A stretch of DNA of 64,000 bases from Longimicrobiales bacterium (GTDB lineage: Bacteria > Gemmatimonadota > Gemmatimonadetes > Longimicrobiales > Gaopeijiaceae): contig OZ250165.1 of the NCBI GenBank assembly GCA_965238005.1, positions 2,720,001 through 2,784,000 on the forward strand. Reading direction: 5' to 3'. The position numbers and the translations under genes are program-made. Shown piece after piece: positions 40,447 to 50,769 of this stretch. Each line of letters begins with the position of its first letter. Positions within the stretch are counted from its first letter, which is position 1. Below the pieces are notes generated by a model that was not told the origin of the DNA, made no database searches, and saw only the letters and a list, made by a program, of their open reading frames with translations.

Positions 40447-42903
40447 ATGCTGGATTCTGACACCAAGCGCCGCATCGACACTGCCCGCGATATCCTGGTC
40501 GGCAAGGTGCCGGACCCCAAGAGCCAGGTTGAGCAGATTACGATCGCGCTGATCTACAAGTTCATGGACGACATGGACGCCGAAAGCGAGGAATTCGGAG
40601 GGAAGCGCAGTTTCTTTGCCGGCGAGTTCGCACGCTACGGGTGGACCCAGCTGATGCGCGCCGGCCTCGGCGGCCATGAGACCTTGAATCTCTACGCAGA
40701 GGCTATCACCAAGATGCCGGAGAACCCCGGCATTCCAACGTTGTTTCGCGACATCTTCAATAACGCCTACCTGCCTTATCGCGATCCTGAGACCCTTCGC
40801 GCCTTTCTAAAGGTCATCGACGAGTTCACTTACGATCACTCCGAGCGCCTGGGTGACGCCTTTGAGTATCTGCTCTCGGTCCTCGGCTCGCAGGGGGATG
40901 CCGGGCAGTTCCGTACACCGCGCCATATCATCGATTTCATTGTTGCCATCATCGATCCGAAGAAAGGCGAAACGGTGCTGGACCCCGCGTGCGGCACCGC
41001 CGGATTCCTGATTTCATCCTACAAGCACATCCTTGCGGCCAACACTGATCCGCAAGGCGGCAGCACGCTGACGCCGGATGACAAGGGCCGGCTAGCGGCG
41101 GACTTCAAGGGCTACGACATCTCGCCCGATATGGTGCGCCTGTCGCTCGTGAACCTGTACCTGCACGGCTTTGCCGACCCGCATATCTTCGAATACGACA
41201 CGCTCACCAGCGAGGAGCGTTGGAACGAGTACGCCGATGTGATTCTCGCCAATCCTCCGTTTATGTCGCCAAAAGGCGGCATACGGCCCCACAACCGCTT
41301 CTCAGTGCAGTCCAAGCGGAGCGAGGTGCTGTTCGTGGATTACATGGCCGAGCACCTGATGCCTTCCGGACGTGCAGGCATCATCGTCCCCGAGGGAATC
41401 ATCTTCCAGAGCCAGAACGCCTACAAACAGCTTCGCAAGATGCTGGTAGAGGAATACCTAGTCGCCGTTGTTTCCCTGCCGGCAGGCGTTTTCAACCCTT
41501 ATTCCGGCGTCAAAACCTCGATTCTCATCCTCGACAAGTCGCTGTCGAAGAAGACGGACCGCGTCGGCTTCTTTAAGGTCGAGAACGACGGGTTCGATCT
41601 AGGCGCTCAGCGGCGAGAGATTGACAAGGACGACTTGCCGCAGGTGCAGGCCGAGATTGGCGAATATCTACGGCAGCTGCGGGCAGAGGAACTGGTGGAC
41701 GGCTTTGAGGCGACGCTGGGGCTGGTCGTCGAGAAGGGGAAGATCGCGGCGAATGGGGAATACAACCTGAATGGAGAAAGATATCGGGAGAGTGGTACCC
41801 GCACATCGCAGTTCTCCCTTGTGTCATTAAGTGAAGTTGTAGATATCCTAGACAACCGAAGAAAACCGATAACCAAACATGATAGAAAGCCGGGCCCATA
41901 CCCGTACTATGGAGCAACGGGAGTGCTTGACCATGTTGAAGGCTACCTTTTCGACGAGCCGCTGGTACTAGTAGGTGAGGATGGAGCGAAGTGGGAATCG
42001 GGAGAACAGAGTGCGTTTCCTGTCGAGGGTAAAGTCTGGGTCAACAATCACGCACACGTTCTGAGACCCAGGCGCGACAGATTGCTTGATCGGTTCCTGA
42101 TCGAGGTTCTCAATGAGGCGGACCTTACCCCATACGTCACCGGAGTCACTGTTCCCAAGCTCAACCAAGGGAAGCTCAAGAGCATCCAAATCCCACTCCC
42201 GCCGCTGGAGGTGCAGAAAGAGATCGTCGCTGAGATCGAGGGCTATCAGAAGGTCATTGATGGCGCACGCGCCATCGTCGACAACTATAGGCCGCAGATC
42301 ACCGCAGACCCCAATTGGCCGATGGTGCCGATTGGTGACATTTGCGATCTTGTCAATGGACGGGCTTTCAAACCACGAGATTGGGAAGACGTTGATAGTG
42401 GAGGCCTTCCAATTGTCAGAATTCAAAACCTCAACACTCCCGATAGTAGGTTCAATTACTACACTGGAGAAGTAAGGAACCGGTTCATAATCAACGAAGG
42501 ACAACTTCTTTTCTCGTGGTCCGGTTCGCGGGGAACTTCATTCGGTGCACACATTTGGAACGGTGGGAAGGCTGTACTCAACCAACATATTTTCAAGGTC
42601 GTCTACGATAACGAACGGGCAATTAAGCTGTACTTGTTTCACGCGCTCAACAAGGCAGTCACGCAGATAGAGGATAACCTTCATGGTGGAGTGGGCCTCG
42701 TTCACATCACGAAAGGAAACTTGGAGAAAATTCAAATCTCCCTCCCACCCCTGGAGATGCAGAAGGAAATCGTCGCTGAAATCAAAGTGGAGCAGGCATT
42801 GGTCAATGCCAACCACGAGTTGATTGGCCGCCTTGAGAAAAAGATCCAGGACACCCTTGCCCGCACCTGGAGCGAGGACGAATCGGCCCCGGCAAAGGCG
42901 TGA
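40447..42903 (+). CDS. hsdM: Fused type I methyltransferase-specificity subunit (HsdM-HsdS)
   Basis: GQFRTP, DPACGTAGF, NPPF, then two TRDs each ending LPPLE.QKEIVAEI; single ORF. Confidence 0.92.
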   Translation: MLDSDTKRRIDTARDILVGKVPDPKSQVEQITIALIYKFMDDMDAESEEFGGKRSFFAGEFARYGWTQLMRAGLGGHETLNLYAEAITKMPENPGIPTLFRDIFNNAYLPYRDPETLRAFLKVIDEFTYDHSERLGDAFEYLLSVLGSQGDAGQFRTPRHIIDFIVAIIDPKKGETVLDPACGTAGFLISSYKHILAANTDPQGGSTLTPDDKGRLAADFKGYDISPDMVRLSLVNLYLHGFADPHIFEYDTLTSEERWNEYADVILANPPFMSPKGGIRPHNRFSVQSKRSEVLFVDYMAEHLMPSGRAGIIVPEGIIFQSQNAYKQLRKMLVEEYLVAVVSLPAGVFNPYSGVKTSILILDKSLSKKTDRVGFFKVENDGFDLGAQRREIDKDDLPQVQAEIGEYLRQLRAEELVDGFEATLGLVVEKGKIAANGEYNLNGERYRESGTRTSQFSLVSLSEVVDILDNRRKPITKHDRKPGPYPYYGATGVLDHVEGYLFDEPLVLVGEDGAKWESGEQSAFPVEGKVWVNNHAHVLRPRRDRLLDRFLIEVLNEADLTPYVTGVTVPKLNQGKLKSIQIPLPPLEVQKEIVAEIEGYQKVIDGARAIVDNYRPQITADPNWPMVPIGDICDLVNGRAFKPRDWEDVDSGGLPIVRIQNLNTPDSRFNYYTGEVRNRFIINEGQLLFSWSGSRGTSFGAHIWNGGKAVLNQHIFKVVYDNERAIKLYLFHALNKAVTQIEDNLHGGVGLVHITKGNLEKIQISLPPLEMQKEIVAEIKVEQALVNANHELIGRLEKKIQDTLARTWSEDESAPAKA

Positions 42904-42906
42904 GCA

Positions 42907-43644
42907 ATGGAAGAAGCGGCCGAACTGAGCGACTACCTCCCGCTCTCCTTCACTAGCCCGAGGGAGCAAGAGTACATTGCCTTTCTGTGGGATGCCTTCG
43001 AGACCAACTACACCCACAGCAAGTACCAGTTCGCCTTTCTCGCTTATCACATGCTTACCATGAGCTTCGTCTACTTCAACATCTGGCAGATCAAGATGAC
43101 GGAGCCCAAGAACTTCGCGATGAGCCTCATCGGCTTCGGTAGGGACGTGGAGAAGAACCTGATGGAAGCTACTTCACCCTTCGTTTTCAGCAGCGTCAAC
43201 GAACGCACTATACTGCGGATTCTCAAGCTGATTGACTGCGACAACGGCCAGATCAGCACCTATGCCAGGCTGGTGAACGAGCGCAACCAAATCGCCCACT
43301 CAAACGGTAACATCTTCTGTAGAACTCAGACCTCGTTAGACACCAAGATCACCGAATATATGCGCGTGATTCAAGAAATTCATACTCATTCGAAACCCAT
43401 AATTGAACGCTGTTATCGCAAGTTCTTACTCTCCAGCTACGACCCCGATGAGCGTGAGTACCCCATCGCGTCCGACCAGATTCACGAAGTCCTTATTCAT
43501 GGAAACTACATGTCTCAAATGGACATTGAGTTTTGTCTAGAACACGATCTCTCTGACCTTTATAGACGTGGTGAAGCCGCCCAGATTGAGATTCTTCACA
43601 ATTGCCTACAAACCGCATACGGGATGGAGAATGAACCCGTATGA
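42907..43644 (+). CDS. Hypothetical protein with a HEPN-like RxxxxH motif in the type I operon
   Basis: ERNQIAHSN; starts 3 nt after hsdMS. Confidence 0.7.
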   Translation: MEEAAELSDYLPLSFTSPREQEYIAFLWDAFETNYTHSKYQFAFLAYHMLTMSFVYFNIWQIKMTEPKNFAMSLIGFGRDVEKNLMEATSPFVFSSVNERTILRILKLIDCDNGQISTYARLVNERNQIAHSNGNIFCRTQTSLDTKITEYMRVIQEIHTHSKPIIERCYRKFLLSSYDPDEREYPIASDQIHEVLIHGNYMSQMDIEFCLEHDLSDLYRRGEAAQIEILHNCLQTAYGMENEPV

Positions 43645-43719
43645 CACTCTTCATTATATTGCTATTTGCCAAATATGCCATGCTAGTATAGCTGAAAAGA
43701 TCCGGATTCTTCCCCGAAA

Positions 43720-44035
43720 GCTCGGCATGCTCGTGGTGAGTCCCTTGGCGGGAAGCTACGCGTGGCGAGGCAGTGGACGTTCGCGTCGTGCGAAGCGTGA
43801 CGAGGAGCTGCACGGCACCTACAGGGTGCCTCGAAGTCTATGCGGAGGTGGTGGCCAGTGGCTGCCGGTAGGTCGCAAACGGGTGGCTCGTCTGATGCGC
43901 GAGGTGGGCTTGGTCTGGGTGAGCCGGTGCCGGACCGGGTCGAACGCCAGTTCCAGGCCGACGAGCCGGACCGGATCTGGCTGACCGACACTACCTGCGT
44001 GCCAACCTGGACCGGGTTCGTGTACCTGGGGTGAC
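43720..44035 (+). pseudogene. IS3-family transposase fragment
   Basis: GRKRVARLMR, PDRVERQF..DEPDRIWLTD, WTGFVYL. Confidence 0.85.
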
Positions 44036-44269
44036 CGATTACGGGAGGGGCTCGCTACGGCTGACGCCGGGAGGCGCGACGGCGTTGCAGAGCGATCTGT
44101 CGATGGCGATGGCAGCGGCTGGAACGCGCGGCACCCTGCTCGGCTCCGGGAGCGCGGGCGGGTTCGGCCCTGGCATTGAAGGCGGATGCGCTCTCGGTGG
44201 GCACGGCTACGAAGGGAGTGGATGGCCCCACGGGCCGTCTTGTCGGCGCGGATGCAGCGTTTTCCAGAG

Positions 44270-44375
44270 TTCGGAGTGGGTTCGCATCCGGTAGCTGTTG
44301 CCGCGGATGTCACGATGTGGCAGTGGTGAAGCAGTCGGTCGATCAAGGCGGCGGCCATGATGTCGTTGCCGAATA
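44270..44375 (-). pseudogene. istB: IS21 IstB C-terminal fragment
   Basis: FGNDIMAAALIDRLLHHCHIV / GNSYRMR. Confidence 0.8.
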
Positions 44376-44431
44376 AAACCCGAAACTCTATTGTTGAGAG
44401 CATTGGTACCGTTTGGCCGAAGGGACTCCCC

Positions 44432-45217
44432 ATGCCTGATCGCAGCGCAATTGAGTGGACGGACGCCACTTGGAACCCAAGCACCGGGTGCACCCGGGTC
44501 TCAGCGGGTTGCGATCACTGTTACGCTGCCCGGATGTCCGTGCGGCTTACGGCTACCTACCGGTCGCGCCTCCCCGTTGTGAACGACGCCGAAAACCGCC
44601 GTGATCCCTTCGCGGTGCGGCTCTGGCCGGAGCGTCTCTCGATTCCGGGATCCTGGAGAGCACCGCGGCATGTCTTCGTCAACTCGATGTCCGATCTGTT
44701 CCACAGGGACATACCAAAGACGTTCATCAGGAAGTGCTTTGAGGTCATGCTGGAGGTGGACCGGCATGTCTACCAGATCCTGACGAAGCGTCCCGCGAGG
44801 GCGGCCAAGTTTGTAGCCCGGAACGCGGACCTGCTTCCAGAGGGGTTGCCGGAGCACATTTGGATCGGGACCTCGATTGAGGACCAGTCGGCGGACTACC
44901 GCGTGCGTCATCTAATGGATGTGACGGCAAAGATCCGTTTCCTCAGTTGCGAACCACTGATCGCGCCGCTCGACCTCGGCGCTTTCATGAGCGGCCCGTC
45001 TGATCTCCACTGGATCATCGTCGGCGGCGAAAGTGGACCGGGTGCCAGGCCCATCAACCCAGAGTGGGTTCGCCTCCTCCGGGATCAGTGTGTGGTTGCC
45101 GGCATCCCGTTCTTCTTCAAGCAGTGGGGGGGGACCACTCCGAAGGCTGGCGGGCGCGAGCTCGACGGTGGGACGTGGGACCAGTATCCCCGCAGCGATG
45201 CTCTGGCGGTTCCGTAG
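44432..45217 (+). CDS. DUF5131 (phage Gp37/Gp68-like) three-Cys-motif protein
   Basis: IEWTDATWNP, GCTRVSAGCDHCYA, NSMSDLFH, LTKRP, GGESG, FFKQWGG. Confidence 0.93.
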   Translation: MPDRSAIEWTDATWNPSTGCTRVSAGCDHCYAARMSVRLTATYRSRLPVVNDAENRRDPFAVRLWPERLSIPGSWRAPRHVFVNSMSDLFHRDIPKTFIRKCFEVMLEVDRHVYQILTKRPARAAKFVARNADLLPEGLPEHIWIGTSIEDQSADYRVRHLMDVTAKIRFLSCEPLIAPLDLGAFMSGPSDLHWIIVGGESGPGARPINPEWVRLLRDQCVVAGIPFFFKQWGGTTPKAGGRELDGGTWDQYPRSDALAVP

Positions 45218-45253
45218 GGCTCTGTCCCTCCTCACAACAGGCTTCCAGCACTG

Positions 45254-46369
45254 TTGCCGAAATCGAAACTCTGGAAGCGCGAGCGGCACACCGAGGGCAA
45301 GCACCTCGTTCTGAGGTCGTACCTTCAGGCGTGGCTGCCAATCATTGGCAGATGGAACAAGCGAATTCTCTTCATCGATGGCTTTGCAGGCCCGGGGGAA
45401 TACGAGGGGGGTGAGGAGGGCTCGCCGCTCGTGGCGATGCGGTCCCTCGTTGAGCACGCGTCCAGCCATGCGATCAACGCGCAGGTGGTCTTCTTCTTCA
45501 TCGAGAAGGATCGAAGTAGGGCCGAACACCTCAGGAAGCAGGTCGGAGGATGGCGTTCTAGATTGCCGGAGAGGGCTGAAGCACATGTGATCGAGGGCGA
45601 GTTCGATCGTTCGATGACGGAGCTCTTGAACGAGTTCGACGAGCAGCGGAGGGCTATGGCCCCAGCCGCCTTCGTGATGATCGATCCGTTCGGAGTGAAA
45701 GGCACACCGATGGAGGTGATTCGCCGCATACTAGGTAATCCCAAGTGTGAGGTGTACGTCACGTTCATGTGGGAGCACATCAACCGTTTCTTGCGTGAGC
45801 GCGAATTTGAGCCTCATCTGACCGACCTTTTCGGTACTGAGGAGTGGAAGGCTGCGTCTGTGTATGAACTCGAGCCCGACCGGCGTCGGATCTTCTTGTA
45901 CGGGTTATACGAACGACAGCTTCGAGCCGCGGGCGCCAAACAGGTCGTGCACTTCGACCTATACAAGAAAGATCGCCATGTCTATTCGATCTTCTTCGGC
46001 ACAGGGCATCATAGAGGATCTGATCGCATGAAGGAGGCGATATGGAGGGTTGCGCCCTTCGGCGATTTCGCCTTCCGGGGTCATGACCAGCTGATGCTGG
46101 GGGTCGCCCCAGACGATACGCCCCTCCGCGAGGGGCTACTGCGACAGTTCGGCGGCACGGGGTGGGTGTCGATCGAAGAAGTCTTGGAGTTCGTTGCTTC
46201 GGATGCTACCGACTTTCACACCGGACAGGTCAGGAAGCTAGCCCTCAAACCCATGGAGAAGGACGGGCTGGTCGAAGTTGACAAGTCGACTAGGAAACAG
46301 CGATGGGCCTACCCAAAGGGGTGCAAGCTCCGGTTCGGCAGTCCAGCTTCGGGCACGTTGCAGACTTAG
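45254..46369 (+). CDS. Three-Cys-motif partner protein (TcmP-like methyltransferase fold)
   Basis: HTEGKH..LRSYL, FIDGFAGPG, IDPFG, MKEAIW; adjacent to DUF5131. Confidence 0.88.
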   Translation: MPKSKLWKRERHTEGKHLVLRSYLQAWLPIIGRWNKRILFIDGFAGPGEYEGGEEGSPLVAMRSLVEHASSHAINAQVVFFFIEKDRSRAEHLRKQVGGWRSRLPERAEAHVIEGEFDRSMTELLNEFDEQRRAMAPAAFVMIDPFGVKGTPMEVIRRILGNPKCEVYVTFMWEHINRFLREREFEPHLTDLFGTEEWKAASVYELEPDRRRIFLYGLYERQLRAAGAKQVVHFDLYKKDRHVYSIFFGTGHHRGSDRMKEAIWRVAPFGDFAFRGHDQLMLGVAPDDTPLREGLLRQFGGTGWVSIEEVLEFVASDATDFHTGQVRKLALKPMEKDGLVEVDKSTRKQRWAYPKGCKLRFGSPASGTLQT

Positions 46370-47009
46370 GTTTGTGCGACCTTCGCTCGGACTCTCCGAA
46401 GTGCCCGAGCGAACCGCGCGCGGATAGGAATGGCGACGCGGGCGGTGCTCGAACAAGCGGAGGTGCTACCCGCTGGCTGGGCGGCGTGACACCGGGTCGG
46501 TTAGGCACGGGCGGTACGGATCGGAGCATCGCCGATCCCACGTTCAGCCGCTCGACCTTGGGCGCGTGGACGCGTGACAATCCGGGCCGACGCGTCCGTT
46601 CACGGCCACGGAGGGCCGAGGAAATCCGTTTCGTCCCGGTGGATATAATGGGGGGCAGAGCACCGTCTCTAAATACATAACTCGTTTATGGCAAACGCTT
46701 TGCGTCCCTACCCGAGGCAGTCCGTAGGGATCCATGGCTGGGAGCGACCCCCCGGCGGAGGGTGGCATGGGCGTGCACATGCCAGCCCTCCCCGATGCCG
46801 ATCGAGGCATCCCGAAAGGGGGGGTCGCTCCCTTCTTCGGCCGGGAGCTCCGGAGCGGCGTCGCCGCTCCGGCGGCTGTGCCGCAACTGCAAGACAGCCA
46901 GGCACATAAGGGAGCGCTGGCGCGCACATGAAAATGGCGTTTCGGTGCACATGCACCCCGTTGTCTGATGTGCACTCGCCGATCAGCACCGACGCTCGCC
47001 GATCCGCGT

Positions 47010-47945
47010 TCAAAATCCGCCTCCAGGGAGCCGTCTCGAGCGCCATGTCGCGAAGCCGTGGATCATCGTTCCTGGAGTCGAGGATCGGTGGAGGTCGTTC
47101 AGCTCGACGATCCGCTTGAGGCAGGCCTGCAGGTCGCCATACTCTTTGAGCACCCGGTCATCCTTCTTGCGGATGGCCTGCTCGATTCGGGCGATCTCGC
47201 GGCGGGCCGCACTGTCGGGTTCCGGAACAGCGGAGGGGCCGGATGCTGTAGATGTGTTGGTCCAGTTCTCGAGGATCGTCAGGGCCCGCTGCAGCTCCCT
47301 CACGGTGCGGACGACGGCCACGACCTCGATGGATCGGCCGCGCTCCCGCAGCGCTTCCCAGAGGCCGCGATGTGCCACGGCCCAGGAGCGTAGCGCCGTC
47401 GTGGTATCGTGTCCGGGATCGACGTAGACGAACACGGCGCGCTCGGCTTCGAGCGCGACCGGCAGCTTGACTGGGAAGTAACGCCGCGTGTTCCCGGCGG
47501 CTCCCCGGTAGAGCCGCGAGGGCAGGAGCCGGCGCTCGATGCCGAGCGCCTCGAACGCGCCGACCTTCTCGGACTCGGTGGGGAGCCACGGCAAGCCGGT
47601 GTGCTCGAGCACGTAGTCGAGCGAGAGCAGGCGCCGCAGGAGCACTTCATCGGAAGCGATCCGGCGGTGGCGGATGTCCTCGGCCCCGAGCGCGCGGTAG
47701 ATCCCGCGCCCGCAGATCCGGCAGACTTTCCGGCCTTCCAGTGTCTCGTCGGCCGCCAGCCTTCGCTCCGACATGGCCCGGACGAACCGAAGAGCCTGCC
47801 AGCGATCGATCCGTAGATAGGCGGAGAGCTGGGCGCGGGTGAACACGCCGCTGTGGAGACAGGCCAGCGCGATCCATTCGGCCTGGCGTCCCGTCCAACC
47901 GAATGGCTCGAGCGCCCTCTCTCGCCCGGCGAGATGGGCGATCAT
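47010..47945 (-). CDS. ICE-backbone wHTH/Rep-like hypothetical protein
   Basis: ATGA overlap with the virB8-like gene; paralog of 27737-28711. Confidence 0.75.
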   Translation of the reverse strand: MIAHLAGRERALEPFGWTGRQAEWIALACLHSGVFTRAQLSAYLRIDRWQALRFVRAMSERRLAADETLEGRKVCRICGRGIYRALGAEDIRHRRIASDEVLLRRLLSLDYVLEHTGLPWLPTESEKVGAFEALGIERRLLPSRLYRGAAGNTRRYFPVKLPVALEAERAVFVYVDPGHDTTTALRSWAVAHRGLWEALRERGRSIEVVAVVRTVRELQRALTILENWTNTSTASGPSAVPEPDSAARREIARIEQAIRKKDDRVLKEYGDLQACLKRIVELNDLHRSSTPGTMIHGFATWRSRRLPGGGF

Positions 47946-48362
47946 CGCGGGGCTTCCGTGACCAGGGCCCGGTCGGCCTGCAGGTAGGTGATGAGGATGC
48001 CCATCGGGTTGTAGACGACGAGCTCGGAGGGGATGACGGTGAGGAACGTGAACCGGAGCGTGATCGACCACCGTTCCCTCAGGGTCTCCTGCCCCTGCCT
48101 GAGGTGCACCAGATCGAAGTCGGCGGTCGCGCCGTGCGGCGCCTCCGGTGCGGGGTGGATGCGGAGCACGACCTGCTCGACCTGGTGCTCGGTGTCGGAG
48201 GTGCCGGCCGCCATGGCGGCGACCTCGGCGCCGTCGCGCGTGAACGCGGCGTTCGCCAGCTCGGTCGAGAGGAACCGGAGGCTCCGCGTCCAGTGCTCCT
48301 CGACCGTGGCCTGGCGCCTGGAGTAGAAGTCGGCGATAAACCGGTTCAGGAAGAACTTTGCC
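47942..48362 (-). pseudogene. VirB8/TrbF-like T4SS protein, 5'-truncated at an integrase element end
   Basis: KFFLNRFIADFYSR...YNPMGILITY; GC drops abruptly at about 48362. Confidence 0.7.
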
Positions 48363-48534
48363 GATGACGTTCCAAGATAGCCCGTAACGACCCGTAGTGA
48401 CCCTATAACCTCTGAAACTACAGCGTTTTGCGTTACATAGGCTGAGTCGATTCGTCTATTGCCGTGCCGGGACACCTATTGTATTCTCTCTTGTATAGTG
48501 TACTATCAAGTGATCCACAGCACGGGAGAATACG

Positions 48535-49689
48535 ATGACACGGCGACCGGCAACCCTTACTGCCGCCTTCGTTCGGACGGTGAGCAAGCCCGGCGTTTAC
48601 GGCGACGGACGCGGCTCGCGCGGCCTGAGCTTGCGCGTTCACCGGATGAAGAGCGGCCGGCTATCGCGCACATGGAGGCAACGGTTGCGCGTCGCGGGGC
48701 GGCTGACGACGACCGGGCTCGGCCGGTATCCCGAAGTCTCGTTGGCGGAAGCCCGGCGCAAGGCCATTGAGAACGCGCGGGCCATCGGCCAGGGTGTGGA
48801 CCCGCGCGGCGGCGGCGTCCCGACGTTTCGCGAAGCCGCCGAAGAGACGATCCGGCTACACGCCGAATCGTGGAAAGCCGGCTCGCCGCTCCCCCGGGAA
48901 TGGCGCTCGACGTTCAGGCTGTACGCCACGCCGATCCGGGACAAGCCGGTGGACCGGATCACGTCGGGCGACGTGCTGGCGTGTCTCCGGCCGGTATGGA
49001 ACGTGAAGCCAGCCGCCGCGCGGAAAGCCCGGAACCGGCTCCGCGTGGCATTTCGCTGGTGCGTCGGACAAGGCTACATCTCGACGAATCCCGTGGACCG
49101 CGCAGTGGCCGCGCTCCCGAAGGTCAACGGCAACGGCACGACGCACCATCGCGCGCTCCCGCACGGTGAGGTTCCGGACGCGCTCCGGCGCATTCGGTCG
49201 GCCAACGCCCCGGAATCCGCGCGGCTCGCCGTCGAGCTGATCGTCTTGACGGCGGCGCGCTCCGGCGAAGCGCGCGCCGCGACGTGGGATGAAATCGACA
49301 CGGCGGCGAAGGTTTGGACGATCCCGCCGGCGAGAATGAAAGCCGGCCGGGAGCATCGCGTGCCGCTGTCCAGCGGCGCGCTCGACGTGCTGCGGGGCGC
49401 CAGCGAGCTTGCCGGCGATTCGCCGTTCGTCTTCCCGATGCGGGCCGGCCGCGCGCTGTCCTCGAAATCCACTTACCGGGTGCTCCAGCTGGCCGGTGTC
49501 ACCGGGACGACGCTGCACGGTTTCCGAACGTCGATTCGTGTCTGGATGGCCGAAACCGGCGTGGACCGCGAGACGGCGGAAGCCGTGTTGGCTCACGTCG
49601 TGCGCGGCACCGAGGGCGCGTACATGAGATCGGACCTGCTGGCGCGCCGGTGCGAAGTCATGCAGGCATGGAGCGACTATGTCGCATAG
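48535..49689 (+). CDS. int: P4-like integrase (E4; distal end not identified)
   Basis: YGDGRGSRGLSL, LTAARSGE, MKAGREHRVPL, HGFRTS, LAH, AY. Confidence 0.95.
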   Translation: MTRRPATLTAAFVRTVSKPGVYGDGRGSRGLSLRVHRMKSGRLSRTWRQRLRVAGRLTTTGLGRYPEVSLAEARRKAIENARAIGQGVDPRGGGVPTFREAAEETIRLHAESWKAGSPLPREWRSTFRLYATPIRDKPVDRITSGDVLACLRPVWNVKPAAARKARNRLRVAFRWCVGQGYISTNPVDRAVAALPKVNGNGTTHHRALPHGEVPDALRRIRSANAPESARLAVELIVLTAARSGEARAATWDEIDTAAKVWTIPPARMKAGREHRVPLSSGALDVLRGASELAGDSPFVFPMRAGRALSSKSTYRVLQLAGVTGTTLHGFRTSIRVWMAETGVDRETAEAVLAHVVRGTEGAYMRSDLLARRCEVMQAWSDYVA

Positions 49690-49914
49690 TACGCGGAAGG
49701 ATGGACCAGGGTGGCGCTCAACGTAGACGACGTGTTCATGGGACTTCGACCCCGAACGGCCGTCGGTCGAGTTGCCGGTATCGCCGAGCAAGATTGAAGC
49801 CGATGAGCGGGTCCGCGCCCGGTCCAATGATCCTGCTGGAAGGCCGCTTGCTTGGCCCATCGAGACACGCTCGCCCGAATCTCCTATAATCAGTGCGACA
49901 AGTCTGAGAGGACA

Positions 49915-50040
49915 GTACGTTCCGGGCCTTGGACATCCCTCCGGAACGGATGACGCCGCATGGCTTCCGAGCGATGGCGCGCACCATTCTGGACGAGGTG
50001 CTGGGCTTCCGGCCCGACTTCATCGAGCACCAGCTGGCCC
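49915..50040 (+). pseudogene. Fragment of an E2-type integrase
   Basis: RALDIPPERMTPHGFRAMARTILDEVLGFRPDFIEHQLA, identical in protein to the E2 integrase. Confidence 0.9.
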
Positions 50041-50260
50041 AGCGGGCGATCTGGTTGAGGTTGTTGCCGATGCGCGCGATCTGCCGAGTGCGCTCGCGCT
50101 CGATGGCCCGTGCCGGCGCGGTCCACGTTCGCGTCCGCGCCATCGCCTGCCGGAGCAACTCGGACGGCGACACGCCAGCGGCCGCCGCCTTGTCCTGCCA
50201 GGCGGCATGCTCCGCTGGCGTGACGCGGGCGGCGACCGTGACGGTGCGGCGCTCAGACAC
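50035..50260 (-). pseudogene. mobC: MobC/MbeC-like relaxosome accessory protein, 3'-truncated
   Basis: RHH-like N-terminus and IARIGNNLNQIAR signature. Confidence 0.85.
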
Positions 50261-50334
50261 GGGCGCACCGGCGACGGGGTTCGGGTGGCGGCGCCTCCGG
50301 CCCGCCGACTGCCTCGGCAGCGGCGCGGAAGGCT

Positions 50335-50410
50335 GGGGGTTCTAAGGGGGGCGCAGCGTCCCCTTGCCAGGCCGCAGTGTTAAACACTGCGTGGGCTGGC
50401 TTACGTCCCT
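50335..50410 (+). other. oriT-like site upstream of mobC
   Basis: Hairpin cgcagtgt/acactgcg (50373-50391) followed by CTGGCTTA (50396-50403). Confidence 0.75.
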
Positions 50411-50769
50411 TACGTGCCTCCCGTGCGACCGGCAAACTCGTCCGCCGACGCTTGGAAACCTGCGCCGTCAACATCTCCATACCCGTACATTGAGGAGCCC
50501 GGTTTAGGCCGTGTCAACGACGGGCAGAGTGGCGATGTCCCTAGAGTTCCAGCCACGTACTAGAGGCGGACCCGGCTCCGCCAGCGGACGCTTGAGCTGC
50601 TCCCGGAGCACCGGAGGAAGAACCTCCTTCGCGGTCGGCCGAAGTGCGTTCTATTCAGGGCGATGGCAGGGTGAGCGCCAGAGTTATGATACCCGGCTGT
50701 CGTGCCAGCACTCGGTCACGTCCGCGCCTCCTACGTACCGTCACAACCTCGCGATTCCGCGGCACGCGG

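Larger units (their letters stand above)
31359..46729 (+). mobile_element. E3: 15.4-kb tyrosine-integrase element inserted 16 nt upstream of virD4
   Basis: CCGTAGGG at 31359-31366 and 46722-46729; arm motif ggtggatata(t/a)tgg at about 31510 and 46637; the excised joint resembles the unoccupied paralogous site at about 28965-29005. Confidence 0.88.

Noticed and set aside
31339..47948. TCATCGC repeat at 31339 and 47942 as alternative E3 boundaries
   Set aside because: Largely explained by ATGA start/stop overlaps; the CCGTAGGG pair has arm motifs and a paralogous empty site supporting it
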